Position numbers and translations under genes: made by a program. A model generated the notes under the pieces. The model made no database searches. It saw nothing but the letters and a program-made list of their open reading frames with translations, and was not told the origin of the DNA. From the NCBI GenBank assembly GCA_002633005.1, contig NMRA01000365.1, positions 242,422-306,421 of the forward strand: a DNA stretch of 64,000 bases, written 5' to 3'. The stretch is from Phoronis australis. Taxonomy: Eukaryota; Animalia; Phoronida. Positions 1 through 13,100 of the stretch are shown here, piece by piece (within the stretch, counting starts at the first letter, position 1; every line of letters begins with the position of its first letter).

Positions 1-733
1 AAATTACGAACAAATAATTATCTTGTGCACAATTTTTTATTCTGCATTGCAAATAAGCCATTTTCGGGGTCTATTGCATGGTTTACCATCAAAATACAGG
101 TTCCCTGATTTCGCCCCCTTAAACAAGGTAAAATGAGATTGGACTTTACTATTTTGTTTATCATCCCAAAGGTAACTAAAATGCATAGTATGGTTCAAAT
201 CCGTGACATTGAGTTTATCACCCCTCTGGGCATTTTTGCCTGCTGTGAGCCGTACTTCACTCTTAATAGGTAGAGGAAAGTAGAAAAAAATAAAATTGCC
301 ATTAGGAGGCATAACAATTGTCGAATCTATCCGCAAATTTGCACGTCCCTTCCCATCCATGGTGTTTTGCAAAATTTCTGATGATTCAGGTTTAGAAGAT
401 ACAGCAGCAGCAGATGAATGGAATTTTTCAAATTGCAAAACATTGCAACACAAGCAAAAAACTGCATGAAGTTACAAAACTAATATGACAATTCCAGCAA
501 AGTGTCGGATTATATTTGTCAGGAGAAAATTGTGCTTGCTGATGCACTATTTTTATTTCGAAGTGCACAGGGTTACGTAATGTTACATGAGTAAATTGGC
601 TCAAGTTTCTTTATAAGCTACGTTCCGGTACGATCCAGGCTTATTCCCATGAACCGCTATACTAACGCTTACAACGCTAATGATGTTTTTCACGGAGTCT
701 AGAGCTGATATCATTGTAAGTTTGCGTTTGTTA

Positions 734-835
734 GTATCTTTTTGCACATGTTGTATTACCATGTATCTTTATTGTATTGTAACGTATCTTTTTGCACATG
801 TTGTATTACCATGTATCTTTATTGTATTGTAACGT
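734..835. repeat. Tandem duplication of about 50 bp, 2 copies
   Basis: tatctttttgcacatgttgtattaccatgtatctttattgtattgtaacg twice. Confidence 0.9.
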
Positions 836-1047
836 GAATGTATTCAAAGTTTCCCCCGAAACTAATACATTACATTTGTTTCAAAGAAATGGGCCTTGTA
901 AGATTGACAGTTATCTTAGCTTGTGAATAAACGTATCATATCCGACTACCCTGTGTGTTTTAGGCCCATAGCTCCTACAGTGGTGTACATGAAATGTAAT
1001 ACCAAACTCAAATTTATAATCAAAACCATTGACATAATCATAAGTAC

Positions 1048-1120
1048 CAGTTCACAGGTTTTTGTTTTCTCGGAATCATTCATCGGCTCATCGGAATCTT
1101 CAATGTCTTCAACATGTTGC
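1048..1120 (-). CDS. PARP gene exon 38 (QHVEDIEDSDEPMNDSEKTKTCEL)
   Basis: ttacag acceptor, phase 2 start fits exon 37; the donor gtactt is weak, so the 3' boundary is uncertain. Confidence 0.65.
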
Positions 1121-4100
1121 CTGTAAATAGTTGTTTCAATGCTAAATGCGAGCACATGAAGGATGTAGCTAGTGTTAGAAAGCTACACTGCTCTGTTTTC
1201 CATCATGTAACAGATGACAGAAATTAGCCATCCACTAAATTAGCCATCAACTAAATTAGGCATCCACTAAATTAGCCATCTACTAAATACATCATGAATT
1301 ACAGTGGATATGGTTGTTCTGTTGTTGCTAAAGCTGTCATTTCATTTTCCTATTAAGGCCTATTACAAAATACAGTTTTCACCAGGAGACGTAAAAGCAG
1401 TATGACACCAATCAATATTCTTTGCACATTTTTACCATAAAAAAATGACAAAATTAATTACAATATCTTTATATTTTTAGTATTTTAGTATTTTAGTACT
1501 GAATATAAGAAGTGTGTCAACCTATGTGGAAACTCTTTTCAAAAATGTAATATTCACACATTGCACAGAATTGTATGTGATTTATTTTCCCCTAGTATTC
1601 ATAATATTATTAACGAACCATTTGTGCACCACAATAGAACCATTTCTCAGATTATCAACTTCACACAATGGTGTTATCGCAAGTCAAAAATGAGCATTTG
1701 GAACATAACTTTAAAAATAGACTTTCAGGGCTGACATCTGTGATGCTGGAGAGTAAATAAAAAATCTGAGACAGTTCCATATGCACTGACAGTAGGTTAT
1801 CAATTTCTAACAACAAGTCTCCTGCAGTTCAGTTTTTTTAAAAATCATGTTTAAAGCAAAAAATACATTTAACGTGCCCAACTAGACTACCATCAGCTTG
1901 ATAAGAAAATTTCCAATCATTTATACAAGACACAAACAACACAATGTCTAAATGGCATATCCAGCCCAACTACATAATTACCTAATCGTCTGCAATACTT
2001 TGAATGCTCGTATCAAGTCATCACGTCGAATGTCACCAAACGGCAGATGATTTCCCTTGAATCCAGCTGTCTCAGTGGCTTTAGTAAGCGATGTGATGGA
2101 CGTCTGCAATTGAACATATTTTCTCAACAAGAGCAACGCGGAGCGTTGAAATGCGCCCATGAATGCAATGCAAACGGCGTGCATTTAGGGGTGTTTATTT
2201 GTATCAAAAATGGCAACTAGGTGAAGCAAAATACTTACAATCCATCAAAAAACAGGAAATGTCACCTTTTTAAATAGAAAGCTATTTATCACATTTCATG
2301 AAAATACGTCAGGAAACTTTAGAGAAACAGAGGAAAACTAAAAAAATGAAATTGCCACTAGGTGGCAGAGCGTTCGCTGGATTCGTCTGAAGGTTGACGT
2401 CTTCCGTTGTCATATAAATACAATTGTTAAATTTAATAAAGATCCTGCAGAGGGCTTAGGAGATACAGGCAGCAAAGACTGTCAATAGGAGACACTATAG
2501 AAGTCGAAGTCGTCGGATAATCATCGTCAACAGTCCTCTTCATACTAAGAACATACATGCCAATTTTCACAATCATCCTTAGAGTGGTTTGGTTGACAGA
2601 GGGATGGACGCCAAAAACCAGACTCGAAAACAACAAAAATGGCCACTAGGTGGCGCAAAATACCTTGAATCAATCCAAAAATGAATGCCTAGCATCACCC
2701 CACTAATAGATGCCTATAAGCCAAATTTTATGGATATCCGTTGAGGGCCTTTGAAGATATAGAGGTAAATGCAAAAAAAACTAAAATTGCCACTATGGGG
2801 CACAACGGTAGTCTTGTCTTTCCTTAAGTCGTCGTTGTCCGTTGTCAACTTCATACAAATACATTAATTTGCTAAATTTAATAAAGACCCTGTAGTCAAG
2901 AGCATTTAGGAGATATAGCCGTGGGTGCAAAAACAAACAAAACTGCCACTAGGAGGCGCAACAGTAGTCAAAGTTGTTGGAAAAATCACCGTCAACCGTC
3001 CTCTTCATAGTAAGAACATACGTGCCAATTTTCACAATTATCCTTAGAGTGGTTGGGTTGATAGAGGGGCGGATGCCAAAATAGACTCGAAAATAGTAAA
3101 AATGGCCACTAGATGGTGCAAAATGCCTCGAATCCATCCAAAAAACGGGAGGATAGCGTCACCTCATTAATAGATGCCTATGTGCCAAATTTTAGGAAAA
3201 TCGGTTGAGGACTTTTGAAGATAGGCAAACGTAAAAAACTAAAATTGCCACTAGGCGGCACAACCGTATTTGGGTTGATCCGAAACTTGTCGGCCTATGT
3301 CGTAAACCCCATATGAACACACCTGCCAAATTTCAATAAAATCCTGCAAGAGGTTTAAGAGATACAGCCGTAGATGCCACACACCCCGACAGATGATGGC
3401 AATATGCACCTACATATAAATATGTGAGCGCATAAAAATGTAGATCATCTATTCACAGCATGCTATCTCAGATGCAAATCACACACTAGGATACTCAAAC
3501 ATAGAAAAAGTGTCACACAACTTTCATAATAAAGCACACACCCTTGTCCCAAGGTTAGCATGCGCATTTGTTAAGCAGATAGCCTTAGAGATCCGCTGAC
3601 CACAACATACATGTCTGAGACAAAGATCCTTGCTGGCAATTTCCTATCAATGCCACTGAAAATAGTTATGTGAAAGGTCATCTTTAGTTATGTATAGCGA
3701 GGCCACAATGACTGATTCAGCATTTGACTAAATTAGCTTATGAGGAGATAAGCCCAACATTGTCTGCCCATAATGTTAGATTCCATGACAGAACAACGAT
3801 TTCGATAAACAGATCATTCATGATGTTGACAAGGAAAAAGAAATCAAAAACCTATTGACAGGGTTTACCAACTCTTCTCAACTCAATCTGCTCCATATCA
3901 ACCACAGGTGATCTGCTTCATATCAACCACAGGTGATCTGCTCCATATCAACCACAGGTGATCTGCTCCATATCAACCACAAATGATCTGCTTCATATCA
4001 ACTACATGTGATCTGCTTCATATCAACCACATGTGATCTGCTTCATATCAACCACAAATGATCTGCTCCATATCAACCACAGGTAATCTGCTCCATATCA

Positions 4101-7100
4101 ACCACAGGTGATCTGCTTCATATCAACCACAAATGATCTGCTTCATATCAACCACAGGTGATCTGCTTCATATCAACCACAGGTGATCTGCTTCATATCA
4201 ACCACAGGTAATCTGCTCCACATCAATCACAGGTGATCTGCTCCATATCAATCACAGGTGATATATTCCTTTTCATGGCAAAAATCAATTGCTAGCTGGG
4301 CAACAGAAATTTTGAGCCCTATTTGCTAAGAGGTTATCTAGCCTATGTCTACTTCAGGATTTTCATATTTAAGTTGTAAACAAGAATCCCGCACAACTTC
4401 ACACTTTTAATGAAAACCCACGTAACATTAGCTTTAACAAACTGTATCACTGGTCAGAAGAATCCGCTTCAGACATATATCAAACTAAATGCCATGACTG
4501 TAGCCAGGCATTTTCATCACTCACCAAATCCTTCATGAAGCCCTGAAGGGCATCTGGCAGCTGAGATGGTACGTCTGAATCAAACGTAAGTGGTAAGTCG
4601 GTGGCATTCGTTCTGAAGGCCTTCTGCTCCTGGTGAACTAGTCTGTACTTGCCTGGCTGGTGTTCAAACCTGAAACAAATCAGAGTAGAAAGCACTGAAA
4701 ACTCACGTGAAGAGCTCGTTCATAAATATCGCACTATGACCCCATTGATTTTCAGTCAATGACAACTCAAAATTGCTGGTCGTATGCACACAACTGGATC
4801 CAGAACTCTGTGATAGATGTAACCACACATTCATATGCTGTTTGAAACATGAAATTATTGTATGGCAAAAAGTGCAGAAAAGAAGAAATGATGATTCAGC
4901 TATGTCAAATTGTATGTTGATAAAGAAAACGGTGAAATGTGAACTCCAACACTACAACTTATTTGGGCTTGATACAGCAATATTGTGACCTTCTCTCAAG
5001 ATGACCTGCTGGCTGAACTTTTACTGCCAGTCTCACAACCTACCAAATAAAAAATTGCCCATAGGTTGCAAAAACAGTCAACAAACCATCAGTATTCGAA
5101 CTTGGACAAAGAACGCAAGGTAACTACTTTTTAAAAAAATCTGCAGTTTTAAAATCAACATTTCTTCTCTGTTCAACATAACAGAAAGTCACGTTACAGA
5201 CCATCCCCAAATGCAGCCATTTTATGACGTCTTAAACATACCAAGCCTTGTCCTCTCCGTCCCTTAAACATACCAAGCCTTGTCCTCTCCATCCCTTAAA
5301 CATACCAAGCCTTGTCCTCTCCATCCCTTAAACATACCAAGCCTTGTCCTCTCCGTCCCTTAAACATACCAAGCCTTGTCCTCTCCATCCCTTAAACATA
5401 CCAAGCCTTGTCCTCTCCATCCCTTAAACATACCAAGCCTTGTCCTCTCCGTCCCTTAAACATACCAAGCCTTGTCCTCTCCATCCCTTAAACATACCAA
5501 GCCTTGTCCTCTCCATCCCTTAAACATACCAAGCCTTGTCCTCTCCGTCCCTTAAACATACCAAGCCTTGTCCTCTCCATCCCTTAAACATACCAAGCCT
5601 TGTCCTCTCCATCCCTTAAACATACCAAGCCTTGTCCTCTCCATCCCTTAAACATACCAAGCCTTGTCCTCTCCGTTCCTTAAAGCTATGTAAGACATTA
5701 TTGACATGTCTGTGTATTTACTCGCCAAATATATACAAAACTACAAAGTTTAACTCATTAAAAGCATGTATTTTCTGAAAGCAGAAAGCCTGAAAAATTT
5801 GATTTTTGAATTTTTACCAATCTGTCATTAAATGAATCACATGACCATGTCTTTTTAGTAAAAAAGAAAGGTAGTAAAACAATGGTATCCACCATGTTCA
5901 AATTTTATTTGATGTAAATCCTCAGGATGAGATCTCAAAAACATTCCTGCAACTTAAGGTTATGAAGGACCCCAAAAATGTGCAAATTTGGAAAACTTTG
6001 TAACATCAAACTATGAGTCATGCAATGTTCTCCAAAATATTTCTCCAATCCACGACCCATGATTTTTAATTAGGATGAAATATAAAATGCAATCACCCAT
6101 ATTTTTATATTATGCTCGAACTATACATGGTAAAGTACATGCTAGGTTTTATTCTCTTTAGATATTATCCGTCTTCAGAGTTTTGTTAGCAAACAACGGT
6201 CTAGCAGACACCACATCAGCATCCTCCCCAGGCAAGGAATCAGATCCAACAAAAGAGCCTGGTGCAGCTCATGAATGCAACTGTCGGCGCAAGAACTGAG
6301 TATGGGCTCCACCTGTGCCTATGAGCCTCCCAACAGTCAATGACCAAACTACAGAGGATTCAAAACCAGGCCATGAGGATAGTAACCAGTGCAGCTAGAC
6401 CCACTCCGGTAGACAGTCTCCAATACTGGTTAGGTATCAATAGCATCCATACTAAACAGAAGACACCAGCAGCCCAAGCATTTCTAAAGGCAGCTACAAC
6501 CAACTCACATCCTCTGTACCTGGACTTAAGAGAGCATAGTGATGAGCACACAGCACAGAGGCTGAAAACTATTCAATCATGGGTTATCGGAGCTTGGGAG
6601 CTTGTCGAAGAGGTATGTCCAGTGGAGAACATCAACAGCATAGAGTGGTCCAAAGCCACAAACTTTGTCATCAACGCCATGGAGATTGGAGGCCGTCATT
6701 GGCGGGAAAGAGCTGACTGTATCAACCAAGCAACTGTATCGGAATGCCTTGAAGAACAATCTCCCACAAACATTACTGCAACGGACGGCTCACAATGAGA
6801 TGACACTACGGCTTGGGCAGCAGTTGCTTGGACTCGCGAGGGTCAACGCCTCTTTGAATGGTCAACAGCAAGGGTAGGAAAATCCTCGTCTTTTAAAGCT
6901 GAATGTGAAGCATATGAAGACGCCCTAGTCTGGCTCTCACAGAACACAACACCTGCAGACAGATCATTTCTACTTACAAACTCCCTCAGCCTCATTAGCA
7001 GGCTAAAAACTGGTCATGTGAAAGATTCTCAGATCCCTCTGTTCAGCTCTATTAATGGTCTCTTCACCAGTGTTTATATACCAGGACACCGTGGCATCTC

Positions 7101-10100
7101 ATTCAACGTCAAGGCGGATGAGCTTGCAGGCATCGCAGAACCGACTGCCGACCTGCTCCTCACACCAGCAGATGTAATCTCCAGAGTGCGTGAATCGCTT
7201 ACAGATGCCGAGATTGTACAACAGCAGGAGAGATGGGCAACAAAGCGCCTCATAGAGGGAGGATGGCAATACGGAGATGCAGCAAAAACTCGTATCAGGG
7301 GAAAAGATCGAAGAGTGTGTAACCAGCACGAACTTGGTTGCATCTCCAAATTTACATTGCGTGCGATACTGGAAGGAGGAGGGCCAGAGACTATCCCGGT
7401 GCCTACCCTCTGACGTCACCACAGAAACAGAAACAGAAACAGATTGCTGTCAGCACACCCATCCGTGCCATATATCTTTGTGCCAAATTTCATTCAGTTG
7501 TGCCTAGCAGTTTTTGAGATAAACAACCTGTCTTTTCAAAAACTAGGGCCAACAGGGAGAGTGATGGTAGCCAAATCTGTCTGAAAATTGACTGGTGCAA
7601 GCGGGCATCTCCGCCACCTATCTCTGTGTCAAATGTCATCATGATTTGTTAAGAAGTTTCTAGAAAATCGACGTACATGAAATGAGCAGTCAAAAACTAA
7701 CAGGGGGTGCCACAGCAGTTGAATCTGTTTAAAAATCAACTGGTGTTGGTGCATTCTTGCCATATACCTGTGTATCGAATTTCATTGTGATTCGTCACAC
7801 AGCTTTTGAGATTGTTGATGCACAAGGAATGGCTTGATGAAAACTAAAATGGCCAACATGAGGTACCATGGTAGCCAAATCGACTGGAGCTGGCACATCC
7901 TTACCAATTACCGGAACACCAAATTTCGTCATGATCCGCCAAGCGGTTCTTGAGATAATTGACGGACAAAAAATGATAACGATAGACGGAGAGTGCAATG
8001 GACACATGGACTGACAGACGAACGTATGGATGGGATGACGACTATATGCGACCACAAAACTTTTTGTGGTTGCAGAAAACTTCCATGTGATATCGCAACT
8101 CATGTTAGTTACCAGAAACTTGCTTTTCAAAGACACCTGTGAGCAATGCTTTAGGCAGCCACCAGGTGTCTGTATCAAAAAGATTTTTTTCAATTACATG
8201 AATCTATAAATCTCTAAGTGTTACACGAATGCTTTTAGGCTGCTACGCCAAGTGAATATTGGAACTTGTCAATCTGACTCCTCATACGTTTTATTAAAAA
8301 ACTCATCAGATTTTCTTAGATGGGTGAAAACCAGTTTAGTGTTGCAATAATTTCCATTGTAATTAATGGCTGTAAAACATGTCTGGAGTCACATTGCCCA
8401 TGACTTGAGTAATGGAATAGTATATATACTGCACACTATACATGACTTGAGTAATGGCGTAGTATATATACTGCACACTAGACACGACTTGAGTAATGGC
8501 GTAATATATACTGCACACTATACACGACTTGAGTAATGGCGTAGTATATATGCTGCACACTATACATGACTTGAGTAATGGCGTATAAATGACTTGAGTA
8601 ATGGCGTGGTATATATACTGCACACTATACACCAGCAACATGGGCTTGTCTTGTTGTTTTTGGATATTTTCGGTTATCTGCAAAGTGCATTTTTGGTGAT
8701 TTTTGAAGTCTTTCAGAGGATATTGAGGTTGGTGTTTGGCTGAAAATACCTACTTGTTAACATTTGCGAGACAAAAAACACCACCCACTTTTAGTGATTT
8801 ACTTCTTTCAAGAAGGACCAGTCATAATTCCCTTCAAAAGGCAACCATCCATAAATTTTCATTTCAACTGCCGCCCCCCCTCTCAATACACATTTTGCTG
8901 GAACAGCCTTAATGCAAGTGATTGTGTCTAGATACTGGGCTAAATACACAGCGTTATCAATAAGTGCACATCACATCAAGCATATATATTGTACACTCGT
9001 AAGCATAGTGATAATAGTGTACAGATCCTCAAGCATATATTTTGTACACTCGTAAGCATGGCGATAACAGTGCACATCACCTCAAGCATATATTTTGTAC
9101 ACTCGTAAGCATGGTGATAACTGTGTACAGCTCCCAACTGCTGTGCTATCCTTGCCCCAGCACATAATTCTTACGTTTTGTAGTTGGCCCAGTCATTAGA
9201 TGTTTTCTGTTTGAAAACCTTCTCAAACTCCTTGACAGTTTCTTCTCTCTTAGGAAATGGTGTACACTGGTACTGACCGTCATCTCCGATACGGCCCCAA
9301 CGAGTGAACAGGAAGTATAAGTCTTTGCCTTTCAGCCAGATTATCTACCAATAGGAACAGCAATTGGTAACAGTAGGTCTGATAATGTTAAATATAATTT
9401 TCATACGTTACACATTTTATATAATCACATATGAGTGAGCTTGCATGCGTGTGGAAATTATTATAGAAAAATCAGCACAACAAAATTAAATAAACTTGAG
9501 TGATCTTCATCAGAATAGATTGGTCAAAGTTCATGTAAAGCACAAAGAAACATTACCCATGCAAAAATGTCAGTTGCTGAAACGTGGTTTTGTAAAGTTT
9601 TCAAGGACATCGAAACAAATAGAAAAGTTTGATACGTAATGCAAGCAGAAACAAACTCATCTTTACTCAAAACATTTATTTCTATAGTAAATATGGACGT
9701 TGATGTTGGCCAATAGTGAATCAAATAAACACAGAAAAATCAGGAACCCCAACTGGGAATCGAACCACAGGTCTCTAGATTCAGGGCTTGGAATGACCCA
9801 TGATAAAAAAGAGGAAAAGTTTACGGCCCTAAATACACATTTCAATCTACACCATACCTCAACAGATCGAAACTAAACATTAGTATCACAAGATGCCCTG
9901 TTACTGTGTCGTATTGGCGAAATGCACTCATCTTGAGCAGTACCTGACATCTATTTCAGCAAACAACAATGAAGGCAATTAGATGCAACAAAAGATATTT
10001 TTTAAAATTAAAATAATAAAGATAATGATGAAAAATTTGCAATGTGAGTGGTAGGAGCTTATTCTTGATTTGCTGCACGGAGACCTATAAAATTATTTTC

Positions 10101-13100
10101 AATTCTTATAATTATGATACAAAATTACAAAAAAATTGAAAATTGATCCATAGATTAACTAGAAAGCCTGAAATACACACACATTTAATTCCAACAAACA
10201 ATGTAATTCCAACGCAAATGGAAAAAAGTCAAGACAAAAACCTGTGTCTCATACCCCAACTGTTAGCATGGAAAAATGAAAGTCAAAAATAATGTACTTT
10301 AAACAATAGAATGCATCAATCACAATCCTAAGTTGGGCAAACTTTTCAGTTTTAAACAGTAAATACAGGAGTTAATTGTTCATACGCCACGCTGGTGCAG
10401 AAGAAACTATGGGACAAGAAATAACTACCAGGACACTGAAAATAGGTTGGTAGAATTTGTAAACAATGGCTTACACCAATCAGATCATTCAGAATCTGTC
10501 ACATGATGACTTCTCTCAAACTGCAAAACTCGAGTCACAAAATAGAACACGAAAAATGTCAAAATAAATTGAATTCCATCAAAAGAAATTTACACATTTG
10601 CAGTAACGAAAATAGCACTTTGTATCTCGTTTCGGCGGCACGTAGAAAATCGCACTCAGGCGGTCAGGCTTAGCACTAGCAGCCAACGGCAACGGGCGTG
10701 CATGCGGGATCAAACAAAAGAATTTCATACATCACTCACATCCCATGATTCCAATCCAATGAATAACTAGTTACGGTTGAATTTACTTTCAGGAAGCGTT
10801 GTTATTTCTAGTGTTTCATTGTTTTCAGTCCATCCTCCGACTCCAACTTAGTCCAAGCTGACTTGGCCACGAACTCGGTAATTGTTCCTCTCTCAAAGTT
10901 TACAGAGCACAAACCTTGGTTTGTGAAGACATTTACCATTTCTTTTATCCACTTTTTCCATGAAATATACAGTCTACTCCATGCTCCACGCAGAATTGCA
11001 CTATTTGTCACCGCGATTTTATACCAAATGCAGACGCCATTGATGAACCTCGCTATCCCAAGCACAGGCACTTGAATTTATCTGTTCCTCGATTGCCACT
11101 GACGTCACTCACTACTAAGAAAACATGTTTCTTATAGCCTATATGGTTACGAGTCATCGGCAAATTTGAGCACTTGTAATCCGCAATTACAATTTCCGTT
11201 CCTCCAAAACATAAAGAGCAGTTTCCGCTATTCGAGTCATCAGCAACGCCGCGGTAAGAAACCAATTTACCGCGACAATTTAATGGCAAATCTGATTTTT
11301 TCCGCGGAAATATAACATTGTTATCAGCAGTGCTCTTTCAATGACTTTGCAATAATAGACCAGGCAGTAACAACAAAGGAGCTTAAAATTCGTGAGGCTT
11401 TACATATCAGTTGGTGCAAGCCCAATCTCAATAGGCAACTGACACACCACAGACTGTCATTGTTGGTGTAGTTCATTGTCACTCCCTGTAACTGACTGTA
11501 TCTGTGCTTCATTACTTGTTGCTGGGCCTAGCTAGGTGGCCACTGTATTATGACTTCTGAGGATGGTGTTTAATAAATGACACCGAAACATGTCAAGTTT
11601 TAAATCCGTTGTTGTTTTCGTGGAAATATAACAAAAGTACGAGGATCGAATAAAAGAAAAAAGCGGAAATCCGTGTTTCCGCGGACAATTCCAAGCCTTG
11701 TAGATTTGTTTGTAGCAAATGAATGCTCATTACTGCAATTCCTGTGTGGATGGTCAAAGACGGATGAAGCACAGAATAGACTTATTAATAAAAACATACG
11801 TCTCTGACTCAGTCTGTGGTCTGTTAAAGCAGGACCAAGTTGACCTTTGGCACCTGTCTCTTACCACATGAAACTTTCAGAGTTGGGCAATGTGATCATT
11901 TCAAAGCCACATCAAGAGGTGTAATAAAAATATCTACAAGTTTAGTGCAACCCAAGTGCTGCCTATCCCACAATTCATTGTGCAGGGTCAGGTGCTGTTA
12001 GACCTCATAAAATTAGGGAAGATAACTGTACATCCAACCTGCATCTTGTAGAAGTTATAGGTGCCGTAGAAACCATGTTTCACATCCACCTTGGTCAAGA
12101 GAACATCATAAGCTACGGTCTGCATTGTGTCCCAGACGATCTCTCTGGAAACAGACGGAAAACATCACACTTCACTGACACATTTCACTTAGAATCTCCA
12201 GTTTTAAAAATCGGTTATACAGATCCAATTTTTCTGCCATTGCAGTTAGTGAATGCAAGTACCTCTAACAAAGATCTTGGCTCATTTCTTAATATGAAAT
12301 AAAACTTGTGTTTTAACCATCATATTCACCAAACTCAGATTCAGCAAATTAAAACTAAGCTGTTTTGGCCCTACCCAGCATTTTTAGCTATATTCTCAGC
12401 CAAAGAATCAACGCTTGGTGTGTATTCAATGATGTCTGCTTCATCTTTTCTGATCTCTTTCAACAGAGAGTTAGCATCTGCCTGATAGTCTGGTTTAGGG
12501 CCAAGGTTGGTGATGCCATCAGAGACCTCTGGTGTCTGTAATGTGGGCGGGTCCTAAAATATTGATCAGCTTTGAAATCATATGGACAAATTAGTCATGG
12601 AATGAAATTCTAATTATTTGGACTGCATTCTGCCTCAAAACCGAATTATCAGTCTATTTTTAACAAGATTATAAAAATGCCCAAGCACATAGACATACTC
12701 TGAAATCATATGCCTAAACTGAATTAAACAGTTGTGCAGAAGTCTAATTAGGAGTCAAACAGGTGTGCAGAAGTCTAATTAGGAGTCAAACAGGTGTACA
12801 GAAGTCTAATTAGGAGTCAGACCTTGCTGCAAACAATAAGAAAACTAAAGCAGAATAACAAACATTTGGTAAAAAAATTAGCATGGAGCATCTTCCAAAC
12901 ATGACTCTCAAGACCAGATAACATCCTTGGATTAGAAACACAAGTTAGAAACTGGAGCAAAATGCTGTCAACTAGTGAATAATTTCTATCTGTATTTCAT
13001 GACCAATTTAGCACACAATATATTGAACAGGTGGATTTTAATATCAAATTTCTCAGCAAAAACAAACATTAAAAAAGTTTTTAAAATATGTGGCACAGCT

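Larger units (their letters stand above)
9782..11700. mobile_element. Non-autonomous TIR transposon (hAT-like CAGGG termini) with 6-bp TSD TAGATT
   Basis: CAGGGCTTGGAAT...ATTCCAAGCCTTG; TAGATT at 9776-9781 and 11701-11706. Confidence 0.82.

Noticed and set aside
37-453. 138-aa minus-strand ORF as the next PARP exon
   Set aside because: No PARP_reg or catalytic motifs; part of it (about 290-400) resembles a decayed HINE subrepeat
4480-4524. Apparent in-frame TGA after the WGR domain (truncation or selenocysteine)
   Set aside because: A strong TTG|gtgagt donor at 4525/4524 removes it, and the next exon continues in phase
3886-5683. 25-bp and 32-bp repeat arrays as CRISPR arrays
   Set aside because: Units are head-to-tail with no unique spacers, there are no cas genes, and the context is a eukaryotic intron
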